Below are positions 24,760 through 38,099 of a stretch of 64,000 nt of DNA, in pieces (the first letter of the stretch is position 1; each line of letters begins with the position of its first letter). The stretch is from the NCBI RefSeq assembly GCF_001194135.2, contig NC_068997.1, positions 4,241,483-4,305,482 of the forward strand, written 5' to 3'. This DNA comes from Octopus bimaculoides (lineage: Eukaryota). Both the position numbers and the translations under genes were made by a program. A model generated the notes under the pieces. That model was not told the origin of the DNA and ran no database searches. It saw only the letters and a program-made list of their open reading frames with translations.

Positions 24760-25120
24760 TATTCAATATTTCAGGATTTTTCGCCATCTTCTGACCAACA
24801 GACCCAGAAATGTCAAATACGGTGCCTTCAGCAAATTCTAAAGGACTACTTGCTAATTGATTTCCTGTGTTCCCACCTAAGTTTGGTGAAGTCCTAAACA
24901 TATTTAACCACCGAATGATTGAATCAATGCTGAACCACAAGAGAAAATCAAGAACATGTTTTCCATGCAAGAATTTCAACCAATACATTGCAATGTATAA
25001 TTTCGTCCAATAAAATAGTTTAGATTTCCATCCATTTTCTCTGACAATTCTAGCAATAAAAGGAGTAATATTTACCATCAGCACTTCTTTGATGCGTACC
25101 TAACGTCCGCCATTATTCTA
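24760..25120 (-). mobile_element. Probable Merlin (IS1595/ISXO2-like) transposase relic
   Basis: Stop-riddled frame NCQRKWMEI.TILLDEIIHCNVLVEILAWKTCS..LVVQH.FNHSVVKYV resembles the ISXO2 SD.W.AY...H..VNHS..YV block. Confidence 0.45.
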
Positions 25121-26918
25121 CAATGTATTTGAATTGCAGCGAGTAAATAACTATTTCTCCCATGTTTTTCTTTCTACGTTTCTTTTTGGTCAAACTTAAA
25201 TCTACGATTTCTTGGTTTCAAAATCGAGAATAGAGGAAAGTTTACATTATTTCCGAGTGGCGGTGGTTGTGGTTTTGGTTGTGTCGGAGGAAGTGGTGGT
25301 GGTGGTGGTGGTGGTGGTGGTGGTGGTGGTGGTGGTGGCGGTGGTAGGAATCATTGTGGCCGTCGAAATCGTTATTATCATGGTCTAGCCCAAGTTCAGA
25401 AAGTGTTAAATATAACAATAATCATACCCGTTCCAATCATGGCCATCCTGCATTATCTCTTTACAGATAGAGGTATATCTGGGACTACATTCTCCAATCC
25501 ATTGACGCATTCGTTTATACAAAAACAGCAGTTACTTACTTGCAGGAATTTGGCCGCAATTTTTAGCGGTTGGGTCGCCCACTCAGAACCCCACAAGAGA
25601 GATTAATGCCGGTTGCGATAGTCAGAGGTACCTAAAATTTCATAAACCACAAGAAACGGACTGGTGGCTCAAAATCTTGAAATGCCTCACTTCCAGAGGA
25701 CTGAGACAGACGTACCAGATATATTATATATCCAACAGAAAACAGAGGCAACAGAAAAACGATGACTGAAGGAGGTACGCTGGTCATTCAATTTGGATCT
25801 TTGCGAGTGCTAACAGGATGCCAGAATGGTGGACATTTTGCATTCATACATGCTGAGAGAATGGTTATATGTTGGAACGAAGTGTTGTGTGTGTGTTGTG
25901 TGTGTGTGTGTGTGTGTCTGTGTCTGTGTATGCATGTGCGTATTGTGTTTTAATATCTCGTTTAGACTTTGCTATGCTAATAACTTGGTGTAGAACTCAA
26001 TATACATATGCTTCTGACTGAAGTATTAGTCGGGTATAGAGCAGTAATAAGAAATACATGATAATGTAATAACCGATTATCTTATGAACTTTGTTCGCTT
26101 ACAGCCATTGCCAGTATAAGATAAGTTTAGTGCCAGAGTAACACCTGGTAGTCTCGTCAGAGCCTCAAACATGAAGTGGAAATTATTTTGGAAAGTAAAA
26201 ACATTTTAACATACATACAAGAAGGCAATTAGGGCTGAGAAAGCAGATGTGTGCCATGTGTGTGTGTGTGTGTGTGTGTGTGTTTCCTTTGAGTTATATT
26301 TAAGTTGTTAAAAAAGTCCAAGCCGATTGCTAACAAAGCGACAAGATTCTAGAGTCAAGAATGTTCCCGATGTTCGTCGATATCTGGTTGTGTTGGTTGA
26401 GATGCTGATTCAAGCGTGTGCATTTATTCAGTGGAGAATATTTGAAATATCTTACAAATCTTTACCGTGCCATTAATAGATTAGCAAAAGTGCCAGTTTC
26501 TTTTGATCTTTCTTCGAAAAACCTAGTACTTCAACCTTTTTTTTAATTTGTTGGTACACAACCTAATGGATGTATGTATGGATGTATATATAAATGTATN
26601 NNNNNNNNNNNNNNNNNNNNNNNNNNNNNNNNNNNNNNNNNNNNNNNNNNNNNNNNNNNNNNNNNNNNNNNNNNNNNNNNNNNNNNNNNNNNNNNNNNNN
26701 NNNNNNNNNNNNNNNNNNNNNNNNNNNNNNNNNNNNNNNNNNNNNNNNNNNNNNNNNNNNNNNNNNNNNNNNNNNNNNNNNNNNNNNNNNNNNNNNNNNN
26801 NNNNNNNNNNNNNNNNNNNNNNNNNNNNNNNNNNNNNNNNNNNNNNNNNNNNNNNNNNNNNNNNNNNNNNNNNNNNNNNNNNNNNNNNNNNNNNNNNNNN
26901 NNNNNNNNNNNNNNNNNN

Positions 26919-26970
<52 letters not shown>

Positions 26971-27089
26971 GAGAATGTGAAACGTATGTAGTGTGTTTTG
27001 GGAGTCGACATGATGCAGGTGACCAAGAGTAAGGAAGAGATAAAAGGTTGTGAAAGACTGAGAAAAAGAGGAAGGTAAGACAAAAGAGT

Positions 27090-27490
27090 TCAAAAGAAGT
27101 TTGTGGTCAGCAAGTTTGAATCTGAATATTTGTAGTTTGAAGGATATTGTATGCAGGGACGGGGTATATGTTTCTGTTTTCTTCAGGACATTCTCTAACA
27201 ATGTCAGTATCTTCAATTTTTCTATTGTGGATAAATTGTATCTGTTGGTCTACAATTCTATTTCTTTGATTTTGCTGCAGCAATTCATGATTGGATTCCG
27301 TAAAATCTAATTCTTTAAGTTCCAAACAATCTTCGAAAGTGCTGTAGAGTTGTTCTCTCTATCTAAATGAAGTGGTGTTTCATGTACATCGGACTTTTAA
27401 TATGTTTGAAACATGATATTTTGAAGCTATGAACTGCCTGTATATGTCGGCCACCTGTTTTAGATTCTAGTTTCTGGCCTACACCTGTAT
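27090..27490 (-). mobile_element. Penelope/Poseidon-type element 3' end (GIY-YIG endonuclease C-terminal part)
   Basis: SFKISCFKH, NSTALSKIVWNLK, NRYNLSTIEKLKIL..LKKTE resemble H..SF...NST.LSK.VW.LK...C.LC..EK..I...LNKR.E. Confidence 0.65.
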
Positions 27491-27519
27491 GTTTGTGTAC
27501 GTATTTATCTCTCTCTCTT

Positions 27520-27558
<39 letters not shown>

Positions 27559-27722
27559 TATTATTATTATTATTATATGTATTTATTTTCTCCTAATTAA
27601 TAAATAACTCGGACAAAATATATTGGTTAATAGATACCAGGGTAGCAAAGATCACGAAATGACTGTGGTGTAACTCCTGTTTATCCGGTTAAAATGTCTT
27701 ACGTTTAAGCTGGTTCCCATGC

Positions 27723-27809
27723 ATTTCCCTGAAGAGAAGATTCCATTTTTAACATCACCGATTCCTCTCGAAGGTATAATTTGTAATCTTCGAAACATAT
27801 GTTGGAAAT
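27723..27809 (+). ncRNA. Type I hammerhead ribozyme (Penelope-type, palindromic stem III)
   Basis: Stem I ATTTCC 27723-27728 / GGAAAT 27804-27809; core CTGAAGA 27729-27735; stem II GAAGATT 27736-27742 / AATCTTC 27785-27791; GAAA 27792-27795; palindrome ACATATGT 27795-27802; predicted cleavage GUU after 27803. Confidence 0.8.
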
Positions 27810-27859
27810 AAAAGTATGCAGTTAACATATGCGTTATACTCCATTCACTAAATTTATAT

Positions 27860-27891
<32 letters not shown>

Positions 27892-28552
27892 TTGCATATA
27901 TATATTTATATGAATACATATGTATATATACACATATATACATAAATGCATATATATTTATGTTTATAGGTTTGTATGTATGTATGCATGTATGCATGTA
28001 CTTGAACGACACAATAAGAGGGAGCAATATTCCCTATAAAAGACCTGTCGTTTATATTCAATGTCGTATCAGCATTTTCGGTCTATCGTTCCACAAAGGA
28101 GCAAAGCATCACATATGAAATTTCTTCATATAATTAGTAAAACAAATAATAAATTCTTTTCGGGTACCAAGTTATATTCGATTACGAATAATCGTATACA
28201 TGCACACATAGACATCCATGCATACATGCATACATATACACATACATATATACGTAGATACATACATACATACATATATAAATACATATACACACACATA
28301 CATAATGTATGTATAAACCGACACACATTCGTATATTTGTGTGTGCATGCGCGCGTGTGCGTGTATGTACGTACGTATATATTTGTATGTATAGTAACAT
28401 CAGATGATGATGGTGGTGTTGCTGATGATAGGCAAATAAATAGATAGACCGCATCTCTATATCTGTATATGAATATACATCGATATGTGTATTCATATAC
28501 ACCTACAGAGATGCAACCTATCTACCTATATGTCTACCATCAACATATATAT

Positions 28553-28590
<38 letters not shown>

Positions 28591-29112
28591 TGTATGTATG
28601 TATATATNNNNNNNNNNATATATATATATATATGTATGTATGTATATACATATATATTGAGATGTAAATATACACACATGCATACATGATTAAAAAAGCA
28701 GATTTGATAAAAAAAATTCCCTCTAGTTCCTTCTAATTCCATTGTCTGCCGTATCCTTTTCATGAATACAAATAAAATCTATTATCAATACTTCGTTATT
28801 GCTGTTATAATTGTTGTTTTTTCTATTGTTATTATATATTGTTTATAAATAAAAAATATAATCTCACACCATCTAGATATGGTATACAAAGAGTGTGTAT
28901 TATACATATGAGGTTTTTCATTACAAGTATTATAGTTGATTTATTTGGAAGATAACAAAACAGTTAGTGTCATAAATCTTAATATATAGAATTCAACATT
29001 CGAGTTATCACACAAAATGATGCGGATATTTTTTTTACATTCTGTCTCTTTGTTAGCGTTCTTTAGGTTCGTTCATATCTGTCTACCATACGTACACACA
29101 TATATCTGTGTG

Positions 29113-29211
<99 letters not shown>

Positions 29212-29549
29212 GATAGAATAATTTATCCAATATGTGAGTGTGTGTGTTACGTATTTATATGTATGTATATATATATTTGTATGTATATGTATTAATGTAT
29301 ATATATATATATTATATACATTTGTATGCGTGTGCGGATGTGAGTGAGTGTGTGTGTTTGTGTGTGTGTGCATTTTGCATATAATGAATACTATCGCATA
29401 ATTTCAATAATTATTTTTGTCTGATGTATGCTAACATTGTAGAGGAAAATATTTCTACACTAAAAATTATTAAATTTTAAAAACATAAGGACACATTTAT
29501 TGAATATTTAGAGGGAAAGGGTTGAGAACCAAAACGTCAAACTATTAAA

Positions 29550-29551
<2 letters not shown>

Positions 29552-29641
<90 letters not shown>

Positions 29642-29700
29642 CACGACGACGACGATGATGATGATGGTGATTAAGATAATTGTAATGATGATGATGATAG
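29552..29700 (+). repeat. (GAT)n microsatellite
   Basis: Direct inspection; source of poly-M/poly-I ORFs. Confidence 0.95.
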
Positions 29701-29755
29701 TAACGATAATGGAGAGGATTTGTAGGTACGTAGGCATATAGGCAAGATAGATAGC

Positions 29756-29829
<74 letters not shown>

Positions 29830-30029
29830 CACAAAAGTTTGTGTGGTGTGTGTGCGCGCGCGCGAGTGTATGTACATGCCTGTTTGTGAATACAGGTTGC
29901 AGGAGGTATTCGTCGACATTTTATTGTCACTACATACATTATTCTCTTCAGACCAAATAAAAGGTATTTATTCTGTTTCGGGTCCGCTGTGGCACATAAA
30001 ATGCTAACATAAGACATGAAAAGCCTTGC

Positions 30030-30990
30030 AGTTAGTGTTGTCATACCTGTGAACTTCAGTAATTTAATATTTGCTAACTTATGAAATTTTGCAAGATCTT
30101 CTGTACTCAAAGTTCGGATGAAATTGGAAGCATTTTGCGTGTATATTTCAACTGCATCAAAAACAAAAATATACTAAACGTTTCGACATTCTAAAGATAC
30201 CGCTATTCAGTAAACGGTTCCGAAAGATTATCAGCAATGACCCTGGAAATTCAATGAAGCCATAGCCACTGAGCCTCATATGCCGGAGTGATCTGTCGGG
30301 ACTGTAGCGCGTAAGGACATTCGATATAAGTCATAGTTGCTGAAGAGAGAACTATTCATATCTACAAAGACCCAAGAAACTGTTTACTCTGTGCCAAGCA
30401 GTTGCTTAACAAGGTTAAAACTCCTCGCGATTAATAGCAAGCTTTGGTTTTCTCTAGTAAGAAAAACATCGACCAAAACCAAACGTCTGACAGGATAATG
30501 ACGTATGATAAAATGCAGAAGCTTCTAATCTCCCCTGAGTGATGTACACAAAGTTTCCAGCAACTATGATGGCTTTAGGAGTACTGAGTAAGAAAGGTAC
30601 ATCGGCCAACTCTCATCTTTCCACAAGGCTTTAGGATCAATGCTTTTGGATACGCTGAGATATTGGACCGTGGATGGATAAAGTACGCAGTAGAAGGCTA
30701 TATGTTTTCAACATGACCCAGCACCTTCGCACAAGCCCCTATAACTCAGGAATGGATGACCGTCGATCTTCATGATCATATAGCACCAAACTTGTGGACT
30801 CCTTACTTGCTAGATTTAAATCCCATGGACTACTACGCTTGGAAAACTAATCGACATTCTCACAATATTATAGCTTCACTGAAGGCCCCTATTGCCCCGA
30901 AGATGTTCAAAATCAATAGCAACCATTTAATACAGCAAAGTTAGTGCTTATTAAAATACATTTCACTTTCAAAATCTAAAGAATTCAATT
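30030..30990 (+). mobile_element. maT/DD37D-like mariner transposase relic
   Basis: DIRYKS; LLNK; KN.DQ; MYTKFPATMMALG; FPQGFRINA; VFQHDPAPSHK; QEWM..LHDHIAPNLW.P...DLNPMDYY. Confidence 0.8.
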
Positions 30991-31394
30991 ATTTTATGAG
31001 CACCTATTTTCACAGTCATGACCGTTCTGGTTCAGACACTGCTTATAACGCGAGGAAATGGAATCACAAGCACCAAGAAATACGTCGTTGAGTATTTGTG
31101 CGCATTCGTGTTTAATGGCTACTCCCGCCCCCAATTCACAGTAAATATACTGTGACACTCTATCATGCCTGTTGACTATCGGCTGCTCACGGAGACGACA
31201 TGATCGATGGTTTCATTTTGTTTACAAACACGTCATCTTGGGCCACTGCCTTTCTTTAAGATATTGACCTCGTGGCTTCCTGCAGGTAGGCATTGATCCT
31301 GAGTTGCTATGATAGAGCGTTCTGTCTCAGATTTTAAGCCAGAAGACGCTAGCCATTGACCAGTGATCGTTGACCATTGGTTATTATTATTATC

Positions 31395-31453
<59 letters not shown>

Positions 31454-32596
31454 AAGAAGAAGAAGAAGAAGAAGAAGAAAAAGAAGTAGTTTTATCATTA
31501 TCAGAATGGTGGTGGTAAGCTGTAAGAAAGCCATTGAAGACGAAATGGAATTGGATTGAGGCTCATCGCTGGATAAAAAGTGCTTGACACAAGCCATCAC
31601 TTTGTTTGGTTTCAATTTCTTTGTGCGTGCCTTTACCTACATTCATATTCTTTCAAGCATGATCCATTAGTTATAGCTTCTTTCTTCACCACTTTCAGAT
31701 ATTCTGCAAGAGATGTCATGTAGGTTTCTAATTCTCTTCTGACAGAAAGAAAAACCACCGGTGCGTTCGGTTGCACATGAACAAGCAATGTTAATGTAAC
31801 CTTAACCGTCATCCTTTCGGACTCGTTGATATAACAAACCACCCAGAAACGACTGATCAGCGTGATTTTTAGACAATCAGACGAGACATTTCGTGAGACT
31901 TGCTCCAAACGTTTGCATTCTGGGTCCCTGAAATCTTAGAATTAGTGGACTTAATCCATTGCCAGGTTTAGCACAACCATCTGATTCTTAAGTACTATTA
32001 GAGGATTTCACACTATTACAGTTATTCAGCATTCTGTCTGTCTCCCCGGTTTTAGCATAACTTTCCCTATTTTTCTCACTAGTCATGGAGTATCTGAAAA
32101 AGAAGCCGTAAAGTCAAGGGCACTGCCCTATACCTCTCCCTGGGTAGTAAAATGATTCACAGTTGGAATTCGCATCAATTATTCCAGTTATTAACCGCGT
32201 ATTTCAATACGTTTTTAGCAGATATTGTGCATGAATTAATGCTCCTCTGTCTTCCAGCTCTTCACCCAGTTCTTCTTTTTGCCAATACTGTCATCAGATA
32301 TTATGTTACCTTCTCAACATGGCCACTAACTTCACGAAAATTACGTTTAACATAGCTTTCTTACGTTTTTGTATTTTTTCCATTTTATTTTACTTCATCT
32401 TATTGACTTATTTTGCTATCCAGCAGAATAGAAGAAGAAATGATTGCACAAATTTTAATAAATTATCTCGGTTGGTCGACAGGAAAAATTATTCAGGAAT
32501 TATTTAACGTGGATTTTAACTAAAAAACAACAATCGGAATCTTCTTTCGTGATTCAAAATTACAGCTTCGTACACAATGATAATGCAGTCTCATAT

Positions 32597-32658
<62 letters not shown>

Positions 32659-33920
32659 ATTGTTATGTATGTATGTATGTATGTTTGTATGTTTGTATGT
32701 ATGTATGTATGTATTATGTATGTATGGAAATAAATGAAATAAATATGAGTTAATGACTTCCTGCCGAAAAATTCTTGGATATGCTGAAAAAAATGTGACA
32801 GTTGGATTTCTTCATATGAAAACGAAATGACATGGAGAGATTTAGATTTAACATTAGTATTTTTAATATTTGTTCTCTAATTTCATAATATTTACTTGCA
32901 TTTGTCTGGGTAGGGATAGCTTGTAGGGTGGAGGTACCCAAAAATGTTTATTTCATTTTTTCTGTTTTGTTTTGCTATGTTTTTTACCTTTTGTTCCTTA
33001 ATTTTCAATATTGGCAAATCGTATATTTCAATATCGGAATGATATGGAAGTGTCAAGGTTTAGCGGTGGTGGATCATTTCATTCTACCATAACCGTTTCC
33101 TTGGAATCACAATTTGAAATGTCAGCAGCTTACAGATTTCCACCATAACAAGCATAAGAGAATATTTGGGATTTCTTTTAATATGTTTTTTTTTTGTCGC
33201 TTTTCTCCGGAAACCTGTAAAAAGTGTTCCTCTGCACCTTGTCTTTATTATCGAATGAAAGCAGTTCATTCTTAATTTTTCTTCTTTTTTTCCATTTTAC
33301 CGAATTCCGAGAAAGTATTGTTAAGTTAAGAAATTAGATCTTTTGTTATAAAATCACCAACTGTCATGGAAAGCGGGGGAAGTAAATAGAATCTTCAGTA
33401 AATAGTTCTTCTCCATTTTCTCGTATTCTAAATAAAACGCTTTCAATAGGCGATTCGCTATCGTTTCTTATACCAGAATATAACCCTGTTTCACTACTTT
33501 CCTAGCAACTACAAGCAATACTGGCGAAAAAGAAGGCGATTATTCGCAGATATTATCGAAATTCTCGTCTTTTCAGCCAGCGAAATTGCAATCTCAGCCT
33601 GTCCATTTGAACAAAGCAAACAAGACGAAGCCTCGTCGTGGTGTAAAAGTGAACAATATCGTGATTAAAGTCTTTTTTATTCGGCAATACGTCACCGTTC
33701 TGGTTTCTGACACATATCTCATATATCATGAATTGACTTTCATTCACATTGACGATTCATCAGATTGGATATATGACGTAAATCAGCCAGTCATACCGAT
33801 AGATTGCCAGCCACGCCGAACGTCAGACGCCATAGATTTTGCGCTCCTAGGTTAGAAACCGATTACTGTAAAGAAAATTATTACGGATTAACAATAATAA
33901 TAATAATAATAATAATGATA

Positions 33921-34343
33921 ATGCCCTGATGCAATATCAGGCAGTGGCTCTCATGGCTTCTCATCTTAACTGATTGGGAGTGTTATCATGTACATGTTTT
34001 GTCATGGTATAAAACATGGGCTACAGCAAATATTCTGCTTAATACCACAGATTTGCTTGTCAGTTGTTTGACCTTAACCAGTTGAGCATGTCCCTTAGTG
34101 GCTGACGATATGTGCATTTCTGATCACGAGCAGAAGTCGTGGGGGAGCATCATAGTCATGTGTTGAGAGGAATTCTTTGGGGTTTGGATAATTCACCTTT
34201 GAAAGCATGGGTATTTCGTTCGACATCCTCAAACAACCTTTATTCAAGGACATTTTGAGTGGGATGGGCTACATGACCTGAAGAAAATTCTAACTGGGCC
34301 CCACCTGCGAGGTCATGCGCTCTTTATCTTGATATAAGACCAC
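33921..34343 (-). mobile_element. Dispersed retroposon-like repeat X with (TTA)n tail
   Basis: Highly similar to 49436-49686 and more distantly to 57641-57732; every copy ends in a (TTA)n tract on its sense strand. Confidence 0.8.
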
Positions 34344-34777
34344 TATATACTCTCTCTCTCTGTCATTATCTCTCTCCCTATCTTTCTGTATGCATGTGTG
34401 TGGGTGCGTGTGTAAGAGAGAGAAAGAGCGAAAGAGAGAAAGAGAGAGTAAGCAAGCATGCATTTGTTCAATCTAGGTACATACATACAAATACACACGG
34501 AAACACAAAACAAACCCACGTACAAGATCACACACATACCCACGTACACACTCACACATGTATTCGTTGGGTGTTTTCGCTTGAGTTTGAGTATGTCGAT
34601 CTACAATAAATATATAGGCATGCAAGTTTAATCTCTCCTCGGAAACCAAAGATCTAAAAGATGATTACCTCTTCGTAAGTGGATGAATCATAAATCTATC
34701 CGGTAGATAAGCCGTGGTCGGTAGACTAATATGTGTATGTGTGTGTATGCGTGCAGGAGGGGTGTACACGGGCGTAG

Positions 34778-34823
<46 letters not shown>

Positions 34824-34971
34824 GTGAGAGGGACGCAGAGCAGGAAGGAAAGTGACATGCAAAGAAGTGAGTTATATGATATATTGACAGTTATGACATA
34901 CCTGTCTCAACTAAGCTTAGATAAATATCATCACATCATCATCAACATCACCATCGTCGTCGTCGTTAATA

Positions 34972-35038
<67 letters not shown>

Positions 35039-35096
35039 CATTACTATCATGATCATCGTTGTCGTCATCATCAACGTCATCAACATCATTATCATG

Positions 35097-35304
35097 AAAG
35101 CGACGAGATGGCAGAAACGTTAGAACGCAGAGCTGTCCTTGGCTGCATCTCATTATTCTTCATGTTCTGAGATCAAATTCCGCCGAGGTCAACTTTAGCT
35201 TTCATCCTTTCGTGGTTGATAACATAAATACCAGTCTAGCTGTAGAGTCACTGTAATCGATTTACTCTTCGCCTGAAATTGACCTTGTACCAAAATTTGA
35301 AACC
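35097..35304 (+). mobile_element. SINE family A, diverged, tail variant 3
   Basis: gcgacgagatggcagaaacgttag, gagatcaaattccgccgaggtc, ctttcatcctttcg; tail gaccttgtaccaaaatttgaaacc then (ATT)n. Confidence 0.8.
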
Positions 35305-35335
<31 letters not shown>

Positions 35336-35354
35336 GTAGTAGTAGTAGTAGTAT

Positions 35355-36228
35355 TTTATGTTTAACTTTTGCTTTGCATTTGTACAAGTTGGCTCCAAAT
35401 CTCACCCAGAGACCTCAAGAGACAACAAGTTAGAAGTTCATGCTGGTGTTATGCCTAGGGTACCATATATTTGGATTTGTGCATAGTGTTGTTCTATGAA
35501 CGTTTAAGAAAACATAAGAAAATTATTTGCTTGCTTTAAAATTTGAGATTACATAGACAGTATTTTACGTAGGATATTGGCAGTTCCCATGAGTACTATC
35601 TTCTGAATTTCTGCCATTTTGGAGTTTCTTGGTATCTGAGCTACGCAGCAATCAGCCCCTTTAGCTGTCATTCATAGGACACCAATGACAACAGGTATTG
35701 TTTTAGTCTTCAGATTCCACATTTTGCTAATTTCTATTTCAAGATCTTTATATTTGCTCAGTTTTTGGTAGGTCTTGACAGATACGTTTATATCGATTGG
35801 GACAGTCATATCAATGAGGAGGCATGATTTTTGTTTGAAGTCTTTCAATATGATGTCTGGCCTATTTGCATCTATCTTTCTGTGAGATTGAATGGTGAAG
35901 TTCCAGTGGAGTGAGATATGATCATTTTCAAGCACTGGAGGTGGTTTATGTTCCCATCAGTTTTTATCATGATGCAAGTCCAGGTTTTTGAAAATTACCC
36001 AGTGAATATATTGTGCAACTCTATCATGCCTGTTGAGATACTCTGTAGGCGCAAGAAAACTGCACATGGAGACAACATAATCAATGGTCTCATTTTGTTG
36101 TTGACATACACGACATGTTGGGAAGCTGCCGTTCTTTAATATGTTGGCCTGGTAGTTCCTTGCAGGTAGGCATTGCTCTTGGGCTGCTATGATAAACCAT
36201 TCTGTTCCTGATTTTAAGCCAGAATCCC
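35355..36228 (-). mobile_element. R4/Dong-clade LINE subfamily 3, 5'-truncated, complete 3' end, embedded in (TAA)n
   Basis: CRVCQQQNETIDYVVSMC; YLNRHDRVAQYIHW; ANRPDIILKD..LLIDMTVP..VVIGVL; (TAA)n tracts on both sides. Confidence 0.92.
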
Positions 36229-36292
<64 letters not shown>

Positions 36293-36544
36293 ATATTCAA
36301 TAAACATAATATTCTAAAGATTTTAGCTCAGATGATTACTTTCGTATTGTGCTGACATTGGCAAACATAAAATAGACCAAGCTATCCATACACACATGTG
36401 ATTAGAAATACACACTGATACAAATATATTGATACATAGTATATCTATTACCAATTTATATGTATGTGTGCGTGTGTGTGCGTGTGCTTGTGTGTGCGGG
36501 TATGAGCACGCTCGTCTGTGTGTTTCTGCCTGTATATATATATG

Positions 36545-36607
<63 letters not shown>

Positions 36608-36679
36608 GTGTGTGTGTGCGTGTGTACATATATATATGCATATATACATATGTATATATATATATACATACATACATAC

Positions 36680-36752
<73 letters not shown>

Positions 36753-36890
36753 CATGTATGTATGCATGTGTGTATAGTAATACGTGTATATGAGTGAATA
36801 TTTGCATGATACTTTGTATTATGTGTTATGTAATACCTTTCTCTATCCGTTTGATTTTATTAGTTCCCTACTACCCTCTCTGCAAACTAT

Positions 36891-36959
<69 letters not shown>

Positions 36960-37241
36960 AAATGATATTACTATCTGTTTCTAAGCGGTTGCGAGGGGAG
37001 AGAAGTTATTGATCACACGCAGTCAACTACTTTCATCCAGAATAGTAGAATAAGAATTAAAGAATGAGTATTAACCATATCGAGAACGAAATTCTTTTAA
37101 TTTCCGTTAAACGAACACTTAATCTCAGTACTTGCAATAACATACACTTTCATTAACCTCATATCTATTTCTATTTCACTGTGAGTTTGTGTGTGCATGT
37201 GTTTGTGTATGTGTATATATTATTATTATTATTATCATTCT

Positions 37242-37279
<38 letters not shown>

Positions 37280-37401
37280 TAGATAGATATAGATATGGAT
37301 AGATGATAGATAGATAGATATATTCCTCGTCTCTTTCCATCTCTCTCTTTGACACCGTTTGTGACCGGACACATCTCTCCCTCTCTGTTTCTACCACAGT
37401 T

Positions 37402-37480
<79 letters not shown>

Positions 37481-37898
37481 GTTGCATATGTATATGCATG
37501 TATCTATGTATATATATATGGTTTATATGTATATATATATATTTATGTATATGTATATAGATTTATACATATATATATATATGTATATCTATATTTATAA
37601 ATATACCTACACATATATGTATGTGTGTGCGCGCGTGTGTATGTGTTTGCTTGTGTGCATCTGCTCGCGTGTATCTACGTATATCAATTACCGATCTGGT
37701 TAGGTTTATATTAACGAAATAATCGAACTAAGCTTTAATATTTAATAATATTTCATATTTAACCAAAACTAGCAAAATCAAACTATAAATGCCCCTTTGA
37801 ACAAAATATGAGGTGGCTTTACGATGTTTACACATTTGCGAAATGTTGAAGAAATAAGGAAGATTATGCATTCATGAATACAAATGCAAACATTATGT

Positions 37899-37969
<71 letters not shown>

Positions 37970-38099
37970 TGTGTGTGTATAAACACATAGATGTGTATGT
38001 ATACATACACACAAATATATAGATGAGTATATATATATGTTTAAAAAGACAAAGGTTTACGTCTTCATTTGTTGTGAGAATTAGAAGGCATTAAATTCT

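Noticed and set aside
25200-25400. His-rich reading on the minus strand
   Set aside because: Derived from a (GGT)n microsatellite; short and closed by stops.
26100-26162. CTGACGA...TAAAC on the minus strand
   Set aside because: GAAA box broken and helices do not close.
26969-26995. CTGAGAATGTGAAACGTA hammerhead-like string at the end of the Penelope fragment
   Set aside because: No stem II, and stem I is lost in (TA)n; may be a remnant but is unsupported.
31600-32330. Possible RTE RT relic on the minus strand (SDD, SWK, KVML)
   Set aside because: Motifs too eroded to assign by eye.
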